Of a stretch of 64,000 bases of DNA, positions 9,723 through 18,340 are shown in pieces. Numbering within the stretch: position 1 is the first letter of the stretch; each line of letters starts with the position of its first letter. The DNA lies in the NCBI GenBank assembly GCA_965208125.1, contig OZ242320.1:3296001-3360000 (forward strand). The letters are read 5' to 3'. The notes beneath the pieces were generated by a model that saw only the letters and a list, made by a program, of their open reading frames with translations, did no database searches and was not told the DNA's origin. The position numbers were made by a program, and so were the translations under genes. The DNA comes from Candidatus Latescibacterota bacterium. Lineage in GTDB: Bacteria; Latescibacterota; UBA2968.

Positions 9723-12700
9723 ATGAAAAATTGGGTTCTTCATTTTACGCCTTTGATCAAGCTGGCAACATGCTTTTTGGTATTGCTCTGTCTATCGTCT
9801 GCTGGCTATGCTTCGCCGCCATCGACTGATGTGCATTTTTGTCTGCCACTTGATTTCGAAGACATGCAGGCGCGCGATAGTTTGTATGCCGCCACGAAGC
9901 ACGCGCTTAATCTGAACGTTGGCGAACCCCGCACGGTGCGGATGATCTACTTCTTGCCGAATGACCGTCCGTTTCGTCAAGAGGTGGTGGATTCGATGAA
10001 GGTGACCATTCGCCAGATTCAGACCTTCTATGCCGAGCAGACGCAGGCGCACGGGTATGGGAACAAGACCTTCCGCTTTGAGACCGATGCAGAGGGCGAA
10101 CCGATGGTTCATCGCGTGGATGGGCAACATCCCGATAGTCACTATCTTGACAATACATTTTTTACTGTGCTTGACGAGATTGAACAGGTGTTTGATCTCG
10201 ATGTGAACATTTATTTTGTTGTCATTGATAATAGCACGGATTTACTTGCTGGAGGTGCGTTAGGTAGGGGAGGACGGAGAGGGAAAACAGGTGGTATGGG
10301 ATTGTTTCCCGGTGGATTTAGCTGGACAACAGCTGCTCATGAATTGGGACATGCCTTTGGATTGGAGCACGATTTCCAGGATGATAGATATCTCATGTCG
10401 TATGGCCCCGGGCAAGATCGGTTATCTATGTGCCATGCCGAATTTTTGGTTGTACATCCTTACTTCAATTCCAATGTTGAAGTGCAAGAAACACCATCGC
10501 CGACAATCGAACTCATTTCGCCGCTTGGATATCCATCCGGCTCAAAGAGCATCGCTATCCAACTGAAAGTCAGCGATTCAGGGGGGATTCATCAAGTAAT
10601 TATATCCGCTAAAACAATACCACTACACCGTGCCGCCGGATTTCGTGAAGTGAAGGCGTGTCGTGGATTAAACGGCGAACAAGATGCTGTCGTTGAATTC
10701 GATTATGACGGCATTATCCCGTCTAATGGCTTTACAAATCTTTCCCGCCCTGCTGAGCATCCAATTTCTGTTAGGGTAATAGATATTGACGGAAATGTGA
10801 GCCGGATATCTTTTGACCTTTGGGAAATTTCGCCACACTATATCGCTACCCTTTTAGGACATACAGAGTATGTTGGATCGGTGGTCTTCTCGCCCGATGG
10901 GATGATCCTCGCTTCTGGGTCAGGAGATCACACGATCAGGCTATGGGATGTTTCAACGCGTACAGAGGTCGCCACACTTATAGGGCATACCGAGGGGGTC
11001 AGTTCTATAGCGTTTTCGCCCGATGGGACCATCTTGGCCTCGGGATCATGGGATCACACGATCAAGCTGTGGGATATGACGATCAGGCGTAATGTTGCCA
11101 CCTTGGAGGGGTATACAGGGGTTTCAGTTTCTTTTTCCTACGACGGGACGATGCTCGCTTCCGGGTCTTGGCAGAATATCCAGCTATGGGATGTTTCAAC
11201 GCGTACAGAGATCACGACCCTCAAAGGGCATACGGGCTGGGTCTTTTCTGTGGCTTTCTCGCCCGATGGAATGCTACTTGCCTCGGGTTCTGATGATGGC
11301 ACGATCAAGCTGTGGGATGTTTCAACGCGTACAGAGATCACGACCCTCAAAGGGCATACGGATAGGGTCTATTCAGTTGCATTTTCGCCCGATGGAATGC
11401 TACTTGCCTCGGGTTCTGATGATGGCACGATCAAGCTGTGGGATGTTTCAACGCGTACAGAGATCACGACCCTCAAAGGACATACGAATGGGATCTATTC
11501 AGTTGCGTTTTCGCCCGATGGGGCAACGCTCGCCTCAGGGTCAGTGCAGGATGCCACAAGACTTTGGGACATTGTGACAGGAAGACATCTCGCCACGCTT
11601 GACGGGCATAATGGTCAATGTAGATCTGTTGCGTTTTCACCCAATGGTATGATGCTCGCTGTGGGGACATGGAATTCTTTGGTGGGACGTCCAAGTGTGG
11701 TTGAACTGTGGAATGTGCATGAGTGGGTGAAGCCCCGTCCGCAAACACTTGTGAAAATCTCAGAGGATGACCAGCAAGGTACATTGAGCACTGCATTGGT
11801 GAATCCCTTTGTCGTTGAAGTGAGGGATCAGAACAATAATCCCTTACAAGGTGCTGAGGTCACGTTTACTGTCATCGCAGGTGATGGTAAACTCAGTGGG
11901 CGGTTCACTGTTGAGAATGCAATTACTGATGCCAACGGTAGGGCGCAGAGTACACTCACGCTTGGTCCTCATCCGGGAACAAATACGGTTGAAGCAACGC
12001 TTGCCGAGTTGGGACCTGTGACCTTTAATGCCGTGGCCGTTGGAACGCCTACCACGCCGGTCATGGGTAGTGATTATCAGACATGGCATTTGCCCGATGG
12101 TGCTGTGGTTCGTTTGGGAAAAGGGCGCGTGGGTGGAGGCGACAGAGCAGTCGCGTTTTCACCCGATAGCCAACACCTTGCTGTGGCAAGTGGCATTGGT
12201 ATCTGGCTTCACGATGTGGCGACATCTCGGGAACGCGCACTACTCACCGGGCATACTGATGAGGTCTATTCAGTTGCATTTTCGCCCGATGGTACAACAC
12301 TCGCTTCTGGGTCTTTTGATAGAACAGTCAAGCTATGGAATGTTGCGACGGGAGAAAATATCGCTACCCTTGAGGGACATGCGAACAGGATCTATTCTGT
12401 GGCTTTCTCGCCCGATGGGAAAATGCTCGCCTCGGGTTCTGATGATCGCACGATCAAGCTGTGGGAAGTATCAACAGGAGCGATTATCGCCACCCTTGAC
12501 GGGCATACTGATGAGGTCTATTCAGTTGCATTTTCGCCCGATGGTACAACACTCGCTTCTGGATCTTGGGATAATACAGTCAAGCTGTGGGATGTTGCGT
12601 CAAGACAAAGTATCGCCACCCTTACACATACGCATTGGGTCTATTCAGTTGCGTATTCACCCGATGGTACGATACTCGCTTCCGGGTCTTTTGATCGCAC

Positions 12701-14315
12701 GATCAAGCTGTGGGAAGTATCAACAGGAGCGATTATCGCCACCCTTGAAGGCCATAGGTCTGAGGTCTATTCAGTTGCATTTTCACCTGATGGTACAAGG
12801 CTTGCTTCTGGATCTTGGGATAATACAGTCAAGCTGTGGGAAGTATCAATAGGAGCGATTATCACCACTCTTGACGGTCATACAAGTGAGGTCTATTCAG
12901 TTGCATTTTCCCCAGATGAGAAAATACTCGCTTCAGGATCAGGAGATGGCACAATTAAGCTGTGGGATATTGAGACACATAATATCTTGGCTTTTAATGG
13001 TCATACGGATGGTGTCATTTCCATGGCATTTTCATCTGATGGGGTGCTACTCGCTTCTAGGGCAAGGGATAACAAGGTCAGGTTATGGGATATGGCGACA
13101 AAACAAAATATTGCTGTCCTCAACAAAATAGTTTCTGAGAACATTGCGTTTTCACCCGATGGTAAGACGCTTGCTTCCGGGTTATGGAATACCATCAGAC
13201 TATGGGATATGGCGACAAGACAAAGTATCGTCACATTGGAAGGACATATGGATGTGATCACCTCTGTTGCGTATTCGCCCGATGGTACGATCCTTGCTTC
13301 CGGGGCAGGAGATAGCACAATTAGGCTATGGGATGTGGCTACAGGAGAAAGTATCGCCACTCTTGACGGGCATACGAGAGAGATCACTTCTATTGCGTTT
13401 TCACCCGATGGTACGATCCTTGCTTCCGGGGCAGGAGATAGCACAATTAGGCTATGGGATGTGGCTACAGGAGAAAGTATCGCCACTCTTGACGGGCATA
13501 CGAGAGAGATCACTTCTATTGCGTTTTCACCCGATGGTACGATCCTCGCTTCCGGTGCAGGGGATAGTATCATTAGACTATGGGATGTGGCAACGCAAAC
13601 AGAGATCACCACCCTTGAGGGGCATACACATTGGATCTATTCAGTGGCGTATTCGCCCGATGGCACAACGCTCGCTTCGGCAGGATGGGATGAGGTGCGG
13701 CTATGGAATATTGCGACGCGAACAAATATCGCCATTCTTGAGGGACATCGGGATAGGGTCTCTTCTGTGGCGTTCTTGCCTTACAGCATAACGCTCGCTT
13801 CCGGGTCAGATGATGGCACGATTCTGCTGTGGGATATGTCGCAGTATATCACGCCTGTGGTCTATATTCCCGATGCCAACCTTCACGCAGTGATTCGAGA
13901 TGCGCTGAGCAAGTCGCGTTTTGCGCCCATTACAGTGACGGACATGGCGAGTTTGACTACTCTGGATGCGAGCAGCCGCAATATCCGCGATCTGACCGGG
14001 CTTGAGTTTGCAACCAATCTGACCGAGTTAAATCTTGTGGATAATCGGCTGAGTTCGCTGTCTATCAACACGCATATTCCAGCGCTTCAGGACAGAGGCG
14101 TTGAGGTCTTGTTTGACAAGACGCCAACGCCCGATTTTGATGGCGATGGTGTTGTTGGCTTTGCTGACTTTTTGCTTTTTGTAGCACAGTTTGGGTTTAG
14201 TGAAGACGATGAGGGTTATGACGTGTGGTTTGATCTGGATGGGGATGGCACAATTGGATTCGGAGATTTTCTGATTTTTGCCAATGCCTTTGGCAAGGTC
14301 ATATCGTCAAATTGA
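9723..14315 (+). CDS. Secreted metzincin-like protease - WD40x7 - Big_1 - WD40x14 - mini-LRR - EF-hand/dockerin-like protein (array member 4, 1530 aa)
   Basis: Same architecture and length as 5084..9676; HELGHAFGLEH at about 10338; 21 WD40 blades counted. Confidence 0.92.
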   Translation: MKNWVLHFTPLIKLATCFLVLLCLSSAGYASPPSTDVHFCLPLDFEDMQARDSLYAATKHALNLNVGEPRTVRMIYFLPNDRPFRQEVVDSMKVTIRQIQTFYAEQTQAHGYGNKTFRFETDAEGEPMVHRVDGQHPDSHYLDNTFFTVLDEIEQVFDLDVNIYFVVIDNSTDLLAGGALGRGGRRGKTGGMGLFPGGFSWTTAAHELGHAFGLEHDFQDDRYLMSYGPGQDRLSMCHAEFLVVHPYFNSNVEVQETPSPTIELISPLGYPSGSKSIAIQLKVSDSGGIHQVIISAKTIPLHRAAGFREVKACRGLNGEQDAVVEFDYDGIIPSNGFTNLSRPAEHPISVRVIDIDGNVSRISFDLWEISPHYIATLLGHTEYVGSVVFSPDGMILASGSGDHTIRLWDVSTRTEVATLIGHTEGVSSIAFSPDGTILASGSWDHTIKLWDMTIRRNVATLEGYTGVSVSFSYDGTMLASGSWQNIQLWDVSTRTEITTLKGHTGWVFSVAFSPDGMLLASGSDDGTIKLWDVSTRTEITTLKGHTDRVYSVAFSPDGMLLASGSDDGTIKLWDVSTRTEITTLKGHTNGIYSVAFSPDGATLASGSVQDATRLWDIVTGRHLATLDGHNGQCRSVAFSPNGMMLAVGTWNSLVGRPSVVELWNVHEWVKPRPQTLVKISEDDQQGTLSTALVNPFVVEVRDQNNNPLQGAEVTFTVIAGDGKLSGRFTVENAITDANGRAQSTLTLGPHPGTNTVEATLAELGPVTFNAVAVGTPTTPVMGSDYQTWHLPDGAVVRLGKGRVGGGDRAVAFSPDSQHLAVASGIGIWLHDVATSRERALLTGHTDEVYSVAFSPDGTTLASGSFDRTVKLWNVATGENIATLEGHANRIYSVAFSPDGKMLASGSDDRTIKLWEVSTGAIIATLDGHTDEVYSVAFSPDGTTLASGSWDNTVKLWDVASRQSIATLTHTHWVYSVAYSPDGTILASGSFDRTIKLWEVSTGAIIATLEGHRSEVYSVAFSPDGTRLASGSWDNTVKLWEVSIGAIITTLDGHTSEVYSVAFSPDEKILASGSGDGTIKLWDIETHNILAFNGHTDGVISMAFSSDGVLLASRARDNKVRLWDMATKQNIAVLNKIVSENIAFSPDGKTLASGLWNTIRLWDMATRQSIVTLEGHMDVITSVAYSPDGTILASGAGDSTIRLWDVATGESIATLDGHTREITSIAFSPDGTILASGAGDSTIRLWDVATGESIATLDGHTREITSIAFSPDGTILASGAGDSIIRLWDVATQTEITTLEGHTHWIYSVAYSPDGTTLASAGWDEVRLWNIATRTNIAILEGHRDRVSSVAFLPYSITLASGSDDGTILLWDMSQYITPVVYIPDANLHAVIRDALSKSRFAPITVTDMASLTTLDASSRNIRDLTGLEFATNLTELNLVDNRLSSLSINTHIPALQDRGVEVLFDKTPTPDFDGDGVVGFADFLLFVAQFGFSEDDEGYDVWFDLDGDGTIGFGDFLIFANAFGKVISSN
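11184..11486 (+). repeat. 126-bp (42-aa) near-exact tandem WD40 blade repeat, about 2.4 units
   Basis: tgggatgtttcaacgcgtacagagatcacgaccctcaaagg at 11187, 11313 and 11439. Confidence 0.95.
13278..13546 (+). repeat. 126-bp exact tandem WD40 blade duplication (about 2.1 units)
   Basis: cccgatggtacgatcct starts at 13278, 13404 and 13530; the two full units read as identical. Confidence 0.95.
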
Positions 14316-14389
14316 TGGTATCGAAAGCATCGTTCCGCACTTTAATTATCACGTAGTGCGATATTCAAGGTTATACCCCCAAAAGAGAT

Positions 14390-15163
14390 TTATTTTTTAG
14401 TTTCTGAATCCAACACGCGGAATCCATATCGCTGAAAGACCGCAGCCGCTGTGTCTGATTGAAAAAAGTGCATGGCGGCTTTGACTGTCGGGGTGCGTCG
14501 TCCTTTTACGATGGCGATTGGATAGACAATGGGTGTGTGCAATAGGGAGTCGGGGAGTGTGGCAATTACTTCGACGCCATCGCTGATTATCGCGTCTGTG
14601 GCATAGACAATGCCGGCTGCACATTCTCCGCGAGCGACGAGCGCGAGTGCGCCGCGTACGTCCATTGCCGGGGCGATGCGGTTTTTGAGTAGTGCCCACC
14701 AGCCCAATTTTTTCAGGGCTTCTACAGTGTAGATACCAGCAGGCACATGAGATGGGTCGCCCAGGGCCAATTGTCCTTCGAATGCGTTGGGAAAGTCAAA
14801 GCCTGCGTGGGGTTCGATATCGAATTTTTCATCCTCTGGCGCGATGATTACCAGGGTGTTGCCCAGCAGGTTGATTCGGGTATCGGGTTCGATCAAATTT
14901 TCTCTCGCTAAAAAATCCATCCATTTTATATTTGCCGATAGATATATGTCCGCAGGCGCGCCCTGGGCTATTTGTTTGGCGAGGATTGAAGAACCGGCAA
15001 AAGACAGTCGCAGGGATATGTCCTGTTTTTCCGCGATTTTGGAGAGGTCTTGCAGGGCACTCGTCAAGCTGGCAGCAGCATATACGGTGACTGGTTCGGC
15101 AAGGACGATTCCGCGCGTTGAGAGGCAGATTGCGATGTAGATGTAGATAAACCATTGTTTCAT
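14390..15163 (-). CDS. modA: Molybdate ABC transporter substrate-binding protein
   Basis: Signal peptide; VYAAASLT, FAGSSILAKQIAQGAPADIYLSAN, GDPSHVPAGIY and IVYATDA motifs. Confidence 0.92.
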   Translation of the reverse strand: MKQWFIYIYIAICLSTRGIVLAEPVTVYAAASLTSALQDLSKIAEKQDISLRLSFAGSSILAKQIAQGAPADIYLSANIKWMDFLARENLIEPDTRINLLGNTLVIIAPEDEKFDIEPHAGFDFPNAFEGQLALGDPSHVPAGIYTVEALKKLGWWALLKNRIAPAMDVRGALALVARGECAAGIVYATDAIISDGVEVIATLPDSLLHTPIVYPIAIVKGRRTPTVKAAMHFFQSDTAAAVFQRYGFRVLDSETKK

Positions 15164-15201
15164 ATGATATTCCGGTTGGAGATTGGGGGTTGAGTGAGTG
15201 G

Positions 15202-15232
15202 GCTGACCGCTGACTGCTGACCGCTGATAGCT
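15202..15232 (+). repeat. Heptamer tandem repeat (GCTGACY-like) x4.4
   Basis: gctgacc gctgact gctgacc gctgata gct, just upstream of an AAGGAG RBS. Confidence 0.85.
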
Positions 15233-15254
15233 ACCCGCTTACAAGGAGAATAGA

Positions 15255-15902
15255 ATGTCCGATTTTTGGGTTCAAGATGGCGAGACGATGTTGTTTATTG
15301 GCGATAGTATTACGGATTGTGGCCGGCGGGCGGCTGAGGCACCGCTGGGCAATGGGTATGTGCGGGCGTTTACAGAGATTGTGACGGCGCAGTTTCCCGA
15401 GCGAAAGATCAATTATATCAATAGGGGAATAGGCGGCAATCGGGTGACGCATTTGCACGAGCGCTGGCGAGAAGATGTGATTGATCACGCGCCGGATAAG
15501 TTGTCGATAAAGATCGGGATCAATGATTTACACAGCTATTTGCGACAGGCGGAGGATGCGGTTCCGCCCGCGCGATTTGAAGAATTGTACGATGCGATTC
15601 TGGATACGACGCAACGGGAACTCGGATGTCCTATTGTGCTGATTACGCCGTTTTATATTTCGACGGATACTTCCGGGCAGACGTTCCAGAGCGAGGTTAT
15701 GGCGTTGATTCCGGAGTATATCGGCATTGTGGAGAAGATGAGCGAGAAGTACGGGACAAAGCTGTTGCGTTTGCACGATCTTTTTCAGGCGCATTTGAAA
15801 TATAGAGGTTCAGAAACTTTTTGTCCAGAGCCTGTGCATCCCAATCGGACAGGGCACTTTATTATTGCGGATGCGTTGTTTAAGATGCTGTGTGAGGCGT
15901 GA
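15255..15902 (+). CDS. SGNH/GDSL family hydrolase
   Basis: FIGDSIT block I, NRGIGG, GIND and PVHP motifs. Confidence 0.9.
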   Translation: MSDFWVQDGETMLFIGDSITDCGRRAAEAPLGNGYVRAFTEIVTAQFPERKINYINRGIGGNRVTHLHERWREDVIDHAPDKLSIKIGINDLHSYLRQAEDAVPPARFEELYDAILDTTQRELGCPIVLITPFYISTDTSGQTFQSEVMALIPEYIGIVEKMSEKYGTKLLRLHDLFQAHLKYRGSETFCPEPVHPNRTGHFIIADALFKMLCEA

Positions 15903-15956
15903 GAGGCGAGACAGAGGGGCATACCATATCAGCTTTCTTCAATTGGAGGCACATCA

Positions 15957-17042
15957 ATGGATAAGCTCAAAATTGCACATATCGGCACGGGGAATCGCGG
16001 AACACGCGTGTACCTTCCGCTCATCGCCAGGTTGAAGGACGATCTTGAACTGGTCGCGGTTTGCGATGTGAACGAAGATTCTGTCAAAGCGCAGGGCGCA
16101 AAGTATAACGTTGCTGCATACACAGATACCGCTGAGATGCTGGAGAAAGAGAAGCCAGATATTTGTTCCATCGTTATTACTCCGAGCAATAATCATATCC
16201 CGGGGCTGTTGTGCTCTGAACATGGCGTGAGTTACTGCACCGAGACGCCGATCGATACAGACCTCGGCTGGTCGGACAAGATGATTGCGTCCGCAAAGCA
16301 GCACGGGACGAAGATCGAGGTCAACGAAAACTATTATCGCGCGCCATCGGAACGGATTAAACGCGAGATGATTCTGGCGGGTGTATTCGGTAAGATCAAC
16401 GTTGCTTACAACGAATTTCGCGGACACGGGTATCACGGGATTGGCTTGATTCGCAGTTACGTCGGGTTTGATAACGAACCCCTGCGCGTGTTCGGTGTTC
16501 GAAAGAGCTTCACAGTGCAGGAGCATGTTTGGCGGCGTGGTCAGCCGACACGCGACTCAGAGGATTGGCAGCAGGGCGTCATCGAGTTTGCCGATGGCGC
16601 GGTTGGGATATTCAATTTTAGCAGTTTGTCTTACGGTTCGCCACTTCGCGGTTTCAATGGCACGAAGTTTTACGCCGAGCGTGGGATGTGCTTCCGCGAT
16701 GAAGCGGTTATTCTGAATGACACTGCCGATGAGCAACGCAAAATTATGGTCGCCCGCAAAACCAACGATGTCGATGGGTTTGAGACCCTCGCCGCTCTCG
16801 TGGCGGATACAACGCCGGAGGTGGTGTGGGAAAATCCATTGCAAAATTATCCGCTCAGTGATGGCGAAATTACCGTCGCGTCAGAATTGATGAGTATCGC
16901 AAATGCCGTTCGCAACGATACCGAGCCAGAATATGGGGCTTACAACGGTCGCAAGGATCGGGAGATTGATGTGGCGATGGCGAGATCGTGGGCAAACGAT
17001 GGTGAACCTGTGACGTTTCCATTTGAATACGAGCGGCGATGA
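15957..17042 (+). CDS. Gfo/Idh/MocA family oxidoreductase
   Basis: IAHIGTGNRG Rossmann start, LVAVCD, and CTETP (an EKP variant). Confidence 0.85.
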   Translation: MDKLKIAHIGTGNRGTRVYLPLIARLKDDLELVAVCDVNEDSVKAQGAKYNVAAYTDTAEMLEKEKPDICSIVITPSNNHIPGLLCSEHGVSYCTETPIDTDLGWSDKMIASAKQHGTKIEVNENYYRAPSERIKREMILAGVFGKINVAYNEFRGHGYHGIGLIRSYVGFDNEPLRVFGVRKSFTVQEHVWRRGQPTRDSEDWQQGVIEFADGAVGIFNFSSLSYGSPLRGFNGTKFYAERGMCFRDEAVILNDTADEQRKIMVARKTNDVDGFETLAALVADTTPEVVWENPLQNYPLSDGEITVASELMSIANAVRNDTEPEYGAYNGRKDREIDVAMARSWANDGEPVTFPFEYERR

Positions 17043-17044
17043 AG

Positions 17045-18340
17045 TCAGGTCAGCTTTTTCAGCCGTTCTGCTGCTTCGCTCAGGCTGTCGAGGGTGCGGC
17101 AGAAGGCAAATCGCAAGTACCGGTCGCCGTCGTTGCCCGTTGCGTAGAAGTTGTCGCCTGGTACGGGGGTGACACCGATTTCCCGGGTCATGTACAGGGC
17201 GGCATCGGTTGGATTCATGTCGCATAAGGTGGGGACGGAGCGGTAATCTGAAAAGAGGTAGTAGGAGCCGTCGGGTGGGGTGATTTTGAATCCGGTGGAT
17301 TGGAGGGCGTTGAGGAGCAGGTTGCGTTTTTGTAAGAATGGTTTGTGGATATTTTTGAAGATGGCGTCGGGCAATTGCAACAGGTGCTCGGCGCCTTTTT
17401 GCAATGGGGTGGGGGCCTGTACGACGAGGGTGTCGTGAACAGCGCGAATCCTCGGGGTGTGTTGTTCGGGCGATATGACCCAGCCGACACGCCAGCCGCT
17501 GGCGTTGGCGGTTTTGGTGATGGCGTTGATGACTATGGTGCGCTTGGCCATGCCGGCGAGTGTTGCTGGGCAGATGTGGACGCAATCGCCGTAGAGGATG
17601 TGTTCGTAGATTTCGTCGGTGATTAAAAATAGGTCGCGTTTGCAGCAGAGGTCTGCGATGAAGGCGAGTTCTGCTTCGGAGAAGACTTTGCCCGTGGGAT
17701 TGTGTGGCGTGTTGAGGATGAGTGCGCGCGCGCGTTTTGCCGCGGCGGTCCATTCGTCTTTGTCGAGAGCCCAACCATCGCTTTTTTCGCGCAGGGTGAC
17801 ATATTCGCAATGCAGCCCAAAAAGGCTGGCCTGGTTGGGATACATTTCGTGAAAGGGTTGTAAGACGATGACGCTATCGCCGGGATTGCACAGGGCGCGA
17901 AGTGTTGAGGAGAGTCCTTCGGTCGCGCCTGCGGTGACGGTGATTTGCGTTTCGGGGTTGGGGCGAAAGGCGTAGAATTGCCAGGTGTAGTCCGCAATTG
18001 CTTCCCGCAATTCGGGCAATCCGTAGGGGAAGGAATACTGATTGTAGCGGTCGTGTTCGGGTTGGAGGATGGCGCAGAGGTCTTTGAGGGAACGGTTATC
18101 GTTGCCTGGGTTGCGCGAGAGGAGGTCGCGAAGGGCGAGAGTGTGCAAGTGCTCTGCACCTTCATCTGAGCCACCCAGAATGGCGGCGATGCCCGCCCAG
18201 GCGAGGTCGTAGAGTACGGGTTCGTCTGTGATCCCCTGAGAGAGGTTCACGGCATTGTGCTCAAGGGATAGGCGGGTCATGCGCCGGATGACGGATTCTT
18301 GTGGGGAAGAACTTTTTATCCCAGCAATTTCTGTTCCCAT
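17045..18340 (-). CDS. PLP-dependent class I/II aminotransferase (YbdL/kynurenine aminotransferase-like) with N-terminal insertion
   Basis: NLSQG, NQY..PYGLPELREAI, TAGATEG, NTPHNPTGKVF, DEIY, TKTANASGWRVGW and LRFAFC motifs. Confidence 0.88.
   Translation of the reverse strand: MGTEIAGIKSSSPQESVIRRMTRLSLEHNAVNLSQGITDEPVLYDLAWAGIAAILGGSDEGAEHLHTLALRDLLSRNPGNDNRSLKDLCAILQPEHDRYNQYSFPYGLPELREAIADYTWQFYAFRPNPETQITVTAGATEGLSSTLRALCNPGDSVIVLQPFHEMYPNQASLFGLHCEYVTLREKSDGWALDKDEWTAAAKRARALILNTPHNPTGKVFSEAELAFIADLCCKRDLFLITDEIYEHILYGDCVHICPATLAGMAKRTIVINAITKTANASGWRVGWVISPEQHTPRIRAVHDTLVVQAPTPLQKGAEHLLQLPDAIFKNIHKPFLQKRNLLLNALQSTGFKITPPDGSYYLFSDYRSVPTLCDMNPTDAALYMTREIGVTPVPGDNFYATGNDGDRYLRFAFCRTLDSLSEAAERLKKLT

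Noticed and set aside
11184-13546. CRISPR-like array suggested by regularly spaced repeats
   Set aside because: The period is 126 bp, in frame within a CDS; there are no unique spacers and no cas genes.
186-14071. Many antisense and alternate-frame ORFs with recurring motifs (VPSGENATE, FRPMG)
   Set aside because: Shadows of the repetitive WD40 coding frame; their periodicity simply mirrors the sense repeats.
1-14315. Diversity-generating retroelement acting on the repeated 3' blocks
   Set aside because: No reverse transcriptase or non-coding template repeat is present in the window, and differences between copies are not confined to adenines. A trans-acting element cannot be excluded from this window alone.
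15164-15254. Moco riboswitch or ModE box upstream of modA
   Set aside because: The gap is only about 90 bp, partly heptamer repeat, with no recognisable structure or consensus.
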